Part shown: positions 20,509 to 29,169 of the stretch, piece by piece
Numbering within the stretch: position 1 is the first letter of the stretch
Layout: each line of letters starts with the position of its first letter
DNA from: Myxococcota bacterium
Lineage (GTDB): Bacteria > Myxococcota_A > UBA9160 > SZUA-336
Reading direction: 5' to 3'
NCBI GenBank assembly: GCA_965247115.1
Contig: CBDFGR010000003.1
Coordinates: forward strand, 544,001-608,000
DNA length: 64,000 bases
Notes under the pieces: model-generated
The model's input: only the letters and a program-made list of their open reading frames with translations
Told to the model about the DNA's origin: nothing
Database searches by the model: none
Program-made: the position numbers and the translations under genes

Positions 20509-21441
20509 TCAAACCACCGGGACGGCATCGAGAAGTCTCAGCGCAACACCATGGCGCACGCCAAGCCCACTCACGCGAAACTCCGCGACTCCAACTCGCT
20601 GCAGGACCTCGGCCAGGATCACCAGGCCGGCGACGATCACATCCGCACGTCCCGGCTCGAGGCCTGGAAGGCGCCGGCGTTCGGGCACGCTCAGTGCCGC
20701 CAGACGGGCGATCCAGCGCTCGAGCGAGGACGTGCCCGTCCGGTAGCCCTCGACCCGCTCGGGCAGATAGGGATCGAGGGCCAGCTCCAGTGCGGCGAGC
20801 GTGGTCGCGGTACCCGCGACCGCCGTCAGCTCGGTACCCGCGGCGAGCGCAGGGTAGACCTCAGCCTGCTCTCGAACGCGCTCCCGAAGGGCACGGAGGT
20901 CTTCGCCAGGGATCGGATGCTCGGGGAGAAACGCTTCGGTGTAGCGGACAGAGCCGAGCGGTCCGGAGAGACCCAGGACGCCCCCTTCGGCGCTGGTCCA
21001 CGCGAGCTCTGTACTCCCTCCCCCCACATCGATCACGGCCATCAGCTCTGCTTCACTCCGCCTCCGATTCGTCTCCACGCTGAGCTCCGCCTCCTCCTGG
21101 CCCGTCAGAAGCAGGGCACGGTCGAGAGCACCCTCTTCGCACAGGCCCATCAGGAACTCCCGTCCATCGTCTGCCGTTCGCAACGCTTCGGTCCCTACGC
21201 CGACAACCGTCTGGGCCCCTGCCGCGCGGGCGCGGGTCGCGAAAGCCCGCACCGCGTCGCGCGTGCGCCTGATCGCGGCCGCATCGAGCGTGCCGGTCTC
21301 GAAGGTCCCCTGTCCCAGACGTGTGATTCTGGCCTCTTCCAGGACCGGGCCCGACCGGTCGCGAACCAGTAACAGCACTGTGTTGGATCCGATGTCGATG
21401 ACTGCGACGCGCCGGGCGTCCGCTGCGGCGTTGCTGGCCAA
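20509..21441 (-). CDS. ppx: Ppx/GppA family exopolyphosphatase, short form without HD domain
   Basis: IDIGSNTV, TEALR, GQEEA, DVGGGSTE, AGTATT, RADVIVAG. Confidence 0.9.
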   Translation of the reverse strand: MASNAAADARRVAVIDIGSNTVLLLVRDRSGPVLEEARITRLGQGTFETGTLDAAAIRRTRDAVRAFATRARAAGAQTVVGVGTEALRTADDGREFLMGLCEEGALDRALLLTGQEEAELSVETNRRRSEAELMAVIDVGGGSTELAWTSAEGGVLGLSGPLGSVRYTEAFLPEHPIPGEDLRALRERVREQAEVYPALAAGTELTAVAGTATTLAALELALDPYLPERVEGYRTGTSSLERWIARLAALSVPERRRLPGLEPGRADVIVAGLVILAEVLQRVGVAEFRVSGLGVRHGVALRLLDAVPVV

Positions 21442-21463
21442 TCCTGTCGTGTCCTGCTACGCT
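21435..21463 (+). promoter_or_regulatory. Putative extended -10 promoter
   Basis: TGGCCA-N17-TACGCT with TG upstream (TGnTAnnnT); predicted +1 near 21470, just before the structured region. Confidence 0.4.
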
Positions 21464-21475
21464 GAAACTGTAAAG

Positions 21476-21713
21476 GTGGCGGGGTTTGTGAGAGGCAACC
21501 GTGGGACCTCTCGCCGTAGGCGTGAGCCCAATTCGGTCTTCCAACCGGATTCGAGTGTCCTGACGTCTCGCGACGGCCTTTCCGGGCGCCTCATCTCTCG
21601 GTCCGTTCGCCTCACTCTAGCCAAGAGATCCGTGGCGGCGAGCGTTGGTCGCCCCCGGGGTGCTGACGTTCCGTCCACCCCTCGGCAGGCCGGCTCAGGG
21701 ATCTACTCGCCAC
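21476..21713 (+). ncRNA. Candidate structured RNA / long leader (~240 nt), family not recognised
   Basis: Closing stem GTGGCGGG/CTCGCCAC, long-range TGAGCC/GGCTCA and at least six internal hairpins; strand not certain. Confidence 0.55.
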
Positions 21714-21744
21714 GGCGTCATCCCCTCCGGGGGAGGGAGAGACC

Positions 21745-22836
21745 ATGCGCACCATAGCGGTCATGAACCAGAAGGGCGGCTGCGGCAAGACGACCACCGT
21801 CGTGAGCCTCGCCGGCTGTCTAGCTGCCGAGGGTCATCGCGTACTGGTCATCGACGTAGATCCGCAGGCCCATGCCACACTGGGGCTCGGAATCGACCCC
21901 GACGAGGTCGATGAGAGTCTCTACGAGGTCCTCGCGGATGAGGAGGACGCAGCGGCCCCCTTGGAGGATATCGTCGTCTCCGCGAGCGAGAACCTGGACG
22001 TCGCGCCGAGCGGAGTGATCCTCTCGGCCCTCGAGCAAAAGCTGGCCGCCGAGGGCGCGCGCGGACGCACGGAGCGACTCACGAACGCGCTCGAGAAGCT
22101 CGAGACGGGCTACGACTTTGCGCTCATCGATTGCCCCCCCAACGTGGGGATCCTGACCTTCAACGCCCTGCGCGCCGCACAGGAGGTGATCGTCCCGCTC
22201 GAGACCAGCTACTACGCAATGCACGGGGTGGGCAAGCTGCTGGAGACGATCGGGCTGCTCGAGGACCGGATTGGCCACTCGGTGACGGTGCGGATCCTCC
22301 CTACCCTGTTCGACGGCCGCACGCGCTTCGCGAAGCGAGCCCTGGCGGAGATTCGCGAGACCTACAAAGACCTCGTGTTCGACACGGTGATCCGCCAGAA
22401 CGTGCGCCTGCGAGAGGCTGCACAGCGAGGCAAACCCATCGCGGAGCTCGACCGACGCTCCTACGGCTTCGTGGACTACATGTCCCTGGCGCTCGAGATC
22501 CTGTTCGATCGCGAAGAGGAGATCGAGATGTCGGTCCCGATCGAGCCAGAGGAGCCGGAGACGCTCGGCGGACGGGAGAAGGGCGTGGTGTTCACGTTCA
22601 AGGACCCGGGCGCGGGCGAGGTTCAGCTCGCTGGGGACTTCAACAACTGGGTCCCCGACAAAGGCGTCGATACCCGCCAGACGCCGGACGGTACCTGGGA
22701 GAAGGTCGTACGCCTGGGTCCGGGGGTCTACCAGTACCGCTACTTCGTGGACGGGGAGTGGCACCCCGATCCGAGCAACCCTCGACGCGTCGAGGGGCCC
22801 GCCGGCGGTGTAAACTCGGTGCTGATCATCAGCTGA
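21745..22836 (+). CDS. ParA/Soj-family ATPase fused to a C-terminal CBM48/AMPK-beta-type glycogen-binding domain
   Basis: [32 protein letters not shown]-terminus [11 protein letters not shown]...[18 protein letters not shown]...GGVNSVL. Confidence 0.9.
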   Translation: MRTIAVMNQKGGCGKTTTVVSLAGCLAAEGHRVLVIDVDPQAHATLGLGIDPDEVDESLYEVLADEEDAAAPLEDIVVSASENLDVAPSGVILSALEQKLAAEGARGRTERLTNALEKLETGYDFALIDCPPNVGILTFNALRAAQEVIVPLETSYYAMHGVGKLLETIGLLEDRIGHSVTVRILPTLFDGRTRFAKRALAEIRETYKDLVFDTVIRQNVRLREAAQRGKPIAELDRRSYGFVDYMSLALEILFDREEEIEMSVPIEPEEPETLGGREKGVVFTFKDPGAGEVQLAGDFNNWVPDKGVDTRQTPDGTWEKVVRLGPGVYQYRYFVDGEWHPDPSNPRRVEGPAGGVNSVLIIS

Positions 22837-22874
22837 CCGGGACGCCGCATTTCGGCGCCGAGCGGGAGGCGGCG

Positions 22875-23633
22875 TTGGCGCAGCGCAGGAGCCTCGGAGA
22901 CGTTCTCCACCACTTCATCTCTGAGGAGGAGCAGCAGGTCGCGCGTGAGTCGGCGGCTCGCGCCGCGAAGACACCGCCTCAGCCCGGACCGCGCTGCTGG
23001 ATTCTCGCTGCCCAGCCCGGTCGGCCGCTCAGCTGTTCGCTAGCCCTCGACCTGGCGTCTGCTCGGTCGCGGAGCGGTGCCGACACACACGTGCTGGCGC
23101 CCCTCGACGCGAGCAAACCAGCCGGCGCGGCCGCAGCCTGGACGAGCTTCCGCTGCGGCGAGGCAGGCGGTGTCGCGGAAGCATTCGAGCGTCTGCCCGA
23201 GGGGTCTGACGCGCTGATCCTCGCCTGCCCGGACGAGCTGCCCTCGCTCCTCGCGGACCTGGATCCGGAGCTCCTGGACGGGCTTTTGTTCAGCATCGAT
23301 GCAGCGCCCTGGGGGCTGACCCGGGCACTCCGCTGGCTACGGGGCAGTGCGAGCGCATTCAATACGGCTCGGATTGGTGCCGTCGTCGTTGGTGCCGAGA
23401 GCCGGGAGGTGGCCGCGGATCTGTTCCGCAAGCTTTCGCGCGCAGCGAAGCGCCAGCTCGGCGTCGAGCTCGAGAACTTCGGCGAGATCGAGCGCGACGC
23501 GGCGAGCTATCGCGCACTCCTCGCCGGCGTTCCCGTACTCGAACTCGACCCCGGCGCCGGGTCGTCGCGCAGCCTGACGAACGTGTCCCAGCTGCTCTCG
23601 AATTCGGACCGGACGTTGCGAGGGCCGGAGTGA
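22875..23633 (+). CDS. Hypothetical protein, degenerate MinD/FlhG-like fold with no Walker A
   Basis: TTG start with GGGAGG RBS; C-terminus LFRKLSRAAKRQLGVELENFGEIERDAASYRALLAGVPVL resembles the FlhG C-terminus. Confidence 0.6.
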   Translation: MAQRRSLGDVLHHFISEEEQQVARESAARAAKTPPQPGPRCWILAAQPGRPLSCSLALDLASARSRSGADTHVLAPLDASKPAGAAAAWTSFRCGEAGGVAEAFERLPEGSDALILACPDELPSLLADLDPELLDGLLFSIDAAPWGLTRALRWLRGSASAFNTARIGAVVVGAESREVAADLFRKLSRAAKRQLGVELENFGEIERDAASYRALLAGVPVLELDPGAGSSRSLTNVSQLLSNSDRTLRGPE

Positions 23634-24202
23634 AACACGAGGACGAGCCGCTCGGAGCAAGCCTCACCTCCCGCGGTGAGGGGGCGTTGTTCACCCTGCT
23701 GTCTCGCGGAGACCGGGTGCGAGGGCGACTGGCGGAGCCCACCGCGCCTGGCCCTCACCCGCTGATCCTGATCGCGGGAGGCGATGGCTGCGCCAGGAGC
23801 GCAAGCGTGGATGCGGCGCTCGCTGCCTGGTCCGAGTGGGCCGCGGTCGCCGCAATCGATCTCCCGCTGTGCGGCGGGCGGCGCAGCGACAAGCTGTCCC
23901 TGGCGGGACTGGACGAGCAGAGCTCCCCCGTCCGAGGCCTCCGCGCGGATCTCGAGACACAAGTAGAGTCGGACCTGCAACGCACGTTCGCGTTCCTCAA
24001 CCACGAGCGCGCCGGATTCTTCGGCTCGGGACTCGGAGCCATGCTCGCCCTCCCCTTTTGCCGGGGGGCAAACGGGCTGCGAGCCATGGCTCTCGCGCTG
24101 GGCCCACAGTCCGAAGCACCAGCCGGAGCCCACGTCCGGATTTTCTCTCCCGAGCCGAGGCTCGGCGAGGTCGAGAAGTTCCTCAGGGCCCGGCTGCTAT
24201 AG
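23630..24202 (+). CDS. Short alpha/beta-hydrolase-like protein, degenerate
   Basis: GTGA coupling; VAAIDLPLCGGR; GFFGSGLGAM (nucleophile elbow without the central Ser). Confidence 0.6.
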   Translation: MKHEDEPLGASLTSRGEGALFTLLSRGDRVRGRLAEPTAPGPHPLILIAGGDGCARSASVDAALAAWSEWAAVAAIDLPLCGGRRSDKLSLAGLDEQSSPVRGLRADLETQVESDLQRTFAFLNHERAGFFGSGLGAMLALPFCRGANGLRAMALALGPQSEAPAGAHVRIFSPEPRLGEVEKFLRARLL

Positions 24203-24986
24203 CCCGCTCGGGTGGACCTGCCTCCAGCGCCAGCAGCGTGCCCGCCGTGACGAGCCACGGCAGGCAGAGGAAGTTCAGACCGGGGATCAGAAAGGTGCCA
24301 AGGGCCGTGGTGCCAAAGCCGAACATGGCGCGGCGATGCTGCCAGATCCAGCTGCGGCGCTGGCGGAAGCGGATGCCGCGGCGATCCAGGACGTAGCCCG
24401 TGTAGTCCAGCGAGACGAAGAGCGCTGCGAAGACCAGATTCGCCACCACAACCAGCGGCTGCAGACCGGGCAGCAGGGCCAGCGCCAGAAACAGGAGCTG
24501 CACCCCGAGGAAAAAGCCCATGCGCTTGGCTTCCTCCCGCAGGGCCCGCCCGGCCGACCGGAGAACCGCCTGGAAGCCGCCGGGGCCCGCTTCGCCACTG
24601 CCGGTCACAAGCCCCTCTATGCGCTCGGAGAGGACGTCCAGAAACGGCGACGCCAGCAAGCCCCCCACGAGGGTGAACAGGACGTAGACCGCGAGCCCAA
24701 AGACGATGAGCATGATCCACTTGACCAGCCAGCCGAGCAGCCGCAAGGGCCCCACCCAGAGCCATTCGTACCAGCGAGCGGGATCCGCAAGCGCGATGGC
24801 CTCGCGCACGAACCCGCTCAACACGTCGAGGTAGGCGAGGAACATCCACGCGGCGAGGACGAAGGCGAGGACGTTCAGCGCCAGGGGCAGCCAGCACCAG
24901 CGCCACAGCTCGGAGTGCGAACGCAGCACCGACAGTGCGCGCCCGAGGGTCTTCGCTCCCGCAATGAACCCGAGTGACCTCGGCAC
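24183..24986 (-). CDS. EI24/CysZ-like membrane protein
   Basis: LLASPFLDVLSERIE, LDYTGY, FLIPGLNFL; start approximate. Confidence 0.82.
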   Translation of the reverse strand: MPRSLGFIAGAKTLGRALSVLRSHSELWRWCWLPLALNVLAFVLAAWMFLAYLDVLSGFVREAIALADPARWYEWLWVGPLRLLGWLVKWIMLIVFGLAVYVLFTLVGGLLASPFLDVLSERIEGLVTGSGEAGPGGFQAVLRSAGRALREEAKRMGFFLGVQLLFLALALLPGLQPLVVVANLVFAALFVSLDYTGYVLDRRGIRFRQRRSWIWQHRRAMFGFGTTALGTFLIPGLNFLCLPWLVTAGTLLALEAGPPERAIAAGP

Positions 24987-24988
24987 GC

Positions 24989-26350
24989 TCAGCCCGTTGC
25001 GTCGATCAGGCGGAGGACCTGCTCGCGTCGCGCCACCATCTCGGGCCTGGTCGGGGCTTCCAGATTCAGGCGCAGCAACGGCTCTGTGTTCGATGGCCGC
25101 AGATTGAACCACCAGTCAGCGAATGTCAGCGTCAGGCCATCGAGCTCGTCGACCTCGGCGTCGGGATAGGCGTCTCGTACACGAGACAGTGTCGTCTTGA
25201 CATCGGCGACCGTCCGGTTGATCTCGCCGCTCTGTACGTAGCTGCGATACGGCTGCCACAGGCGTGAGAGGGGAAGCCCGCGCAATTCGATGGCCTGGAG
25301 CAGCAACAGGAGCGCGGCGGTCGCGTCGTCCGCGACGTAGCCGGCGGGAAAGCGGAAATAATAGTGCCCCGACAGCTCGCCTCCGAAGCATGCTCCGGAA
25401 TCGCGCATGGACTGCTTCATGAACGCGTGCCCCACGCGGCTTCTCACGGGCTCTGCTCCGCGCGCGCGAATGGTCTCGGCAACGACACGGCTCGAGCGCA
25501 GGTCGTGGACGAGCGTGGCTCCGGCTGCAGATCCGAGCAGACCACGCTCGAGCACCACGTCTGCCAGGAACGCGGTCATCAGATCCGCCGCAATGGGCTC
25601 GCCCAGCTCGTCGACGAACACGGCGCGGTCGCCATCGCCGTCGAAGGCAAGGCCGAGGTCCGCCCCCCCGTCGAGAACTGCACGCTGCAGGTCGCGGAGA
25701 TTCTCCGGCTTGAGCGGGTCCGCCTCATGGTTGGGAAAAGTCCCGTCCGGCTCGAAGTAGAGCCGGGTCGTGCGCAGTGGAAGACGCTCTAGCAGGCCGG
25801 AGACGGCCTCTCCTGCGATGCCGTTCCCCGCGTCGACAACCAGGTGGACGGGTGGGCAGGCGGGGAAGAGCGCCAGGAGGCTGTCGAAGTAGGGCTGCGA
25901 GACGTCTCGCTTCGACTCGTCCGCCCGAGGAGGTCCCGGCTCCTCGCTCTCGAGCGCGAAGGCCAGGTCGCGGATCTCGTTCAGACCGGACTCGAGGCCA
26001 ACGGGGCAGGCACTAGCGGCGCAGACCTTGAGCCCGTTGTAGTCAGCTGGATTGTGCGACGCGGTGACCATGACGCCGCCGGCCGCTGCCGTCAGCGTCG
26101 TGGCGAAGTAGAGCATGGGGGTCGCCACGCGACCGATGTCGATCACAGCCATCCCTTCGGAGCGCAGTCCCGCGACGAGGGCTGCGCGCAGCGCCACGCC
26201 GCTCTCGCGCATGTCGCGACCGACGATGACAGAGCCCTGGGAACCGAGGTAGCGCGCGATCGCGCGGCCGATCGCCTCCGCGCCGCCAGCGTCGAGCTCC
26301 TCGGGAACCAGACCGCGGACGTCGTACGCCTTGAAGATCTCCGGCCGCAT
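24989..26350 (-). CDS. Phosphomannomutase/phosphoglucomutase
   Basis: FKAYDVRG, TASHNP, FDGDGDR, GELSGH, RPSNTEP. Confidence 0.95.
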   Translation of the reverse strand: MRPEIFKAYDVRGLVPEELDAGGAEAIGRAIARYLGSQGSVIVGRDMRESGVALRAALVAGLRSEGMAVIDIGRVATPMLYFATTLTAAAGGVMVTASHNPADYNGLKVCAASACPVGLESGLNEIRDLAFALESEEPGPPRADESKRDVSQPYFDSLLALFPACPPVHLVVDAGNGIAGEAVSGLLERLPLRTTRLYFEPDGTFPNHEADPLKPENLRDLQRAVLDGGADLGLAFDGDGDRAVFVDELGEPIAADLMTAFLADVVLERGLLGSAAGATLVHDLRSSRVVAETIRARGAEPVRSRVGHAFMKQSMRDSGACFGGELSGHYYFRFPAGYVADDATAALLLLLQAIELRGLPLSRLWQPYRSYVQSGEINRTVADVKTTLSRVRDAYPDAEVDELDGLTLTFADWWFNLRPSNTEPLLRLNLEAPTRPEMVARREQVLRLIDATG

Positions 26351-26412
26351 CGCGACACACTGTCCCCGCTGCGCGCGTTGACTTCAACCCGGTCGTGGCC
26401 GATTCTGGCTGC

Positions 26413-26613
26413 ATGTTCGGACTCGGCATGGGAGAGCTCTTCATCATTCTCGTGATCGTCCTGGTAATCTTCGGGGCGACACGCCTTCCGATGATCGGCA
26501 AGGGCCTCGGCGAGGGCATCCGCAACTTCCGCGTCGCCACCAAGACGCCTCCCGAAATCGACGTCACCCCGTCGAAGGAAGAAGAGCCCTCCGAGGACCG
26601 CCGCGAGGAGTAA
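26413..26613 (+). CDS. tatA: Twin-arginine translocase TatA/TatE subunit
   Basis: MFGLGMGELFIILVIVLVIFGATRLPMIGKGLGEGIRNF. Confidence 0.93.
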   Translation: MFGLGMGELFIILVIVLVIFGATRLPMIGKGLGEGIRNFRVATKTPPEIDVTPSKEEEPSEDRREE

Positions 26614-26616
26614 GTC

Positions 26617-26846
26617 TTGTCTTGTGGGACCCAGGGCGCGGGCGGCCGCGCCCTTCCTTGTGCGGCCCGGGGCGCGGGCGGCCGCGCCCTGCCCACCTCC
26701 GCTCAGGCCAGGGGCCTTCGCTGCGCGCGCCGCGGCGGCGCTTGCTGGGTGCCTGTCCGGTTCGGCCCAGGGGCGCGGGCGGCCGCGCCCTGCCCACCTC
26801 CGCTTAGGCCAGGGGTCTTCGCTGCGCGCGCGGCGCTTGCTGGGTG
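26617..26846 (+). repeat. Cluster of tandem REP-like elements (one partial, two near-full)
   Basis: AGGGCGCGG-GCGG-CCGCGCCCT-type stem three times; CCCACCTCCGCT(C/T)AGGCCAGGGG(C/T)CTTCGCTGCGCGCGC...GGCGCTTGCTGGGTGC twice. Confidence 0.85.
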
Positions 26847-26851
26847 CGGGG

Positions 26852-28093
26852 TTAGTAGTGGGTTGGGGGGCGGGGGAGGAGTTCTAGGCGGAATCTGCGG
26901 GCGTCTTCTGGGGGGGTGGCGACCAGGACGGTGAAGCCGTGGACCGATGAGGGGGGGCGGGCGCGGGTCCACTCGGCATAGTCGACAAGCTGATCGCTGA
27001 GAGAGTCTGGTGTGAGCTCGCTGTCCTTCAGCCTGACGAGGACTGCGGAGGTTGGATCGCTCAGTCCCCTGCCGGAACGATCAAGGAGCGTGGCCTGCAC
27101 GTCCGGCGCAGGCTCGCGCCCGCTCTTGTACAGTTTTCCGCGGATCACGATGACGGGCTGACCTGTCGCGTCGTGCAGACGGTGAACCTGGAGCTCGGTG
27201 GCCTGCCACCCGTTCGCGTCGACCGCTGCGGGGCCCCCGACCTCGCCCATACCGTGAAGAGCCACCGCTCGCACACCTCCGGCGGACAGCGCAATCGCGA
27301 CGACGATCGCCAGCACGCGCAGCGTGAAGCTCTCGAGATCCGGGCCGCGCGGCGTGACCTCGCCGTGTGCCGGGGTACCGCGCGAGCGCTTGGGAATGAT
27401 GCTCGAGATGTCCGTTGTGGCGCTTACCGGTGCGTCGGCGCTTCCGACCGGAGACAATCCCGACACCTTCCCCGAAGCCAGCGTGTCCCAGCTCTCGAGC
27501 CCGTCTCCATCATCGTCCAGCTCCGGAAGTGACGGGCCAGCGCCGCCGAGATCATCGCTCGGCCCTTCGCCGAACTCGTCATCGCCCTCGCCGATCCCGG
27601 CAAAAGACTGCTCATCGGGGCCAGCGTTATCCGCGACCGCCTCACTGGGCGAGGGCGCGATCGCCGCAACGGGCGATGGCTCGTCAGGCGCGGGCTCGTT
27701 AGGCGCGGGCTCGTCAGGCGCGGGGCTCTCCTCCGGCTCGTCGGGGTGATCCTGCCAGCCTGTCTGCCCGTAGTCCTGTCCGGGCATCGGAGTCTCGCTG
27801 CCCTCAATCTCCATCGCGGCGGCGTCGTCAGCGTCACCACCCTCGGATGACTCCTCCTCCCGATCGAAGAGGAACTGAGGGTTGTCGAGGTCCGTCTCGG
27901 TGCTCGCTCCCCGCTCATCCATCTCGGGCGGGACGCTATCCTGCTCTTCTGGCTCGGCCGAGGTCTCGTCGACGGAGGGCGTGACAAGGAAGCGGTGATG
28001 GCAGCGAGAGCAGCGAACCCAAGCGCCTTTCTCGGGAATCCGCCCGTCCGCCACTTGAAAACGGGTCTCGCAGCTAGCACACGTGATTACCAT
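26852..28093 (-). CDS. Zinc-ribbon (MJ0042-type) protein with acidic linker, TM helix and DUF3426-like C-terminus
   Basis: CASCETRF...VRCSRCHHRF; D/E/P-rich linker; hydrophobic VLAIVVAIAL. Confidence 0.8.
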   Translation of the reverse strand: MVITCASCETRFQVADGRIPEKGAWVRCSRCHHRFLVTPSVDETSAEPEEQDSVPPEMDERGASTETDLDNPQFLFDREEESSEGGDADDAAAMEIEGSETPMPGQDYGQTGWQDHPDEPEESPAPDEPAPNEPAPDEPSPVAAIAPSPSEAVADNAGPDEQSFAGIGEGDDEFGEGPSDDLGGAGPSLPELDDDGDGLESWDTLASGKVSGLSPVGSADAPVSATTDISSIIPKRSRGTPAHGEVTPRGPDLESFTLRVLAIVVAIALSAGGVRAVALHGMGEVGGPAAVDANGWQATELQVHRLHDATGQPVIVIRGKLYKSGREPAPDVQATLLDRSGRGLSDPTSAVLVRLKDSELTPDSLSDQLVDYAEWTRARPPSSVHGFTVLVATPPEDARRFRLELLPRPPTHY

Positions 28094-28182
28094 CGCCGGG
28101 ATCTTCCTCGTCGAGTCGAGACGGAACCACTCGTCTCCACCATTCGCCTCGGCGCCGAGAGTCCGCCGCTTGAGAGCGCAGG

Positions 28183-29169
28183 ATGAACCCAGCCCTCCAC
28201 AGACTCACCCGGCGCCGGCTCCTGATGGTCATGGGCAAAGGCGGCACCGGGAAGACCAGCCTCGCAGCCGCCCTGGGTGTTCTCGCCGCGCGGCACAGCG
28301 TCGAGACAGTGGTGATCGAGGTCGCCTCTCTGGCTGCGCTCCCGGCCCTGCTCTCCGGAGACGTCCCGACTCCGCGCGAGTCCCGCAGTCCCTTCGAGGT
28401 GGCCCCGCACCTGTCCACCCTGCGCGTGATCCCGAAGCTGGCGCTGGAGGAGTACCTCGAGCGGCAGCTTCCAGTCGGGCGGCTGGCGGGCGCAATCGTC
28501 CGCAACGCGGGCTTCCAACGCTTTCTGGATGCGGCACCAGGTTGGCGCGAGCTGATCACGCTGGGAAAGATCTGGCACCTCGAGCGCCAGCTGCAGGGCG
28601 GCCAGCCCCGGTACGACCTGATCGTGGTCGATGCGCCCGCAACCGGCCACGGCCTGTCCCTTCTGTCTGTCCCAGGGGTCGTGCTGGACAGCGTGCGACT
28701 CGGGCCCCTGCACAGACATACGGACGCGGTCTGGAGCCTGCTGCGTGATCCGGAGAAGACCATGGTCCTGCCGGTCAGCCTGCCCGAGGAGCTCCCCGTA
28801 AGGGAGACCCTCGAGCTATGCGCGAGGGTTCGGCAACTCGGGCTGCGTGCAGGAACGCCGATCGTCAACTGCGTCGAGACGCCCCCCGCGCTCGCGGATC
28901 CCGATTCCCTACTGGACGCGATCGCCGAGCTCGAGCGGAATAGCGCGCCCTCGCCGCTGGCCCAGCCCGCCGCGCTCGGCGCGTCGCTTCGCCAGCAGGT
29001 CGGGCGTGCGCGCATGCAGCGCGAGTACATCGGCAAGCTCCAGGCAGGCTGCGACGCAACGCCGCTGGAGCTCCCCTACCTGGTAGAGGGCGTTCAGGGT
29101 CCGGACGCGGTGGAGCTCCTGGCCGATGCGCTAGAAGCCGCGCTCGCGCAATCTGGAGACCCCGAGTGA
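28183..29169 (+). CDS. ArsA/Get3-family ATPase, single domain, first of a pair
   Basis: MGKGGTGKTS, APGWRELITLGKI, VDAPATGH, PEELPVRET. Confidence 0.88.
   Translation: MNPALHRLTRRRLLMVMGKGGTGKTSLAAALGVLAARHSVETVVIEVASLAALPALLSGDVPTPRESRSPFEVAPHLSTLRVIPKLALEEYLERQLPVGRLAGAIVRNAGFQRFLDAAPGWRELITLGKIWHLERQLQGGQPRYDLIVVDAPATGHGLSLLSVPGVVLDSVRLGPLHRHTDAVWSLLRDPEKTMVLPVSLPEELPVRETLELCARVRQLGLRAGTPIVNCVETPPALADPDSLLDAIAELERNSAPSPLAQPAALGASLRQQVGRARMQREYIGKLQAGCDATPLELPYLVEGVQGPDAVELLADALEAALAQSGDPE

Noticed and set aside
21457..21678. 73-aa minus-strand ORF
   Set aside because: No RBS or recognisable motif; dense base-pairing explains the region better. Not fully excluded.
21440..21740. tmRNA, RNase P, SRP, c-di-GMP, c-di-AMP or cobalamin riboswitch
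   Set aside because: Only fragmentary resemblance (for example GGCAACC..GGGAC, AACTGTAA); the diagnostic conserved blocks are missing on both strands.
27678..27725. 15-nt tandem repeat x3
   Set aside because: Encodes AP(D/N)EP repeats in a disordered linker; ordinary slippage.
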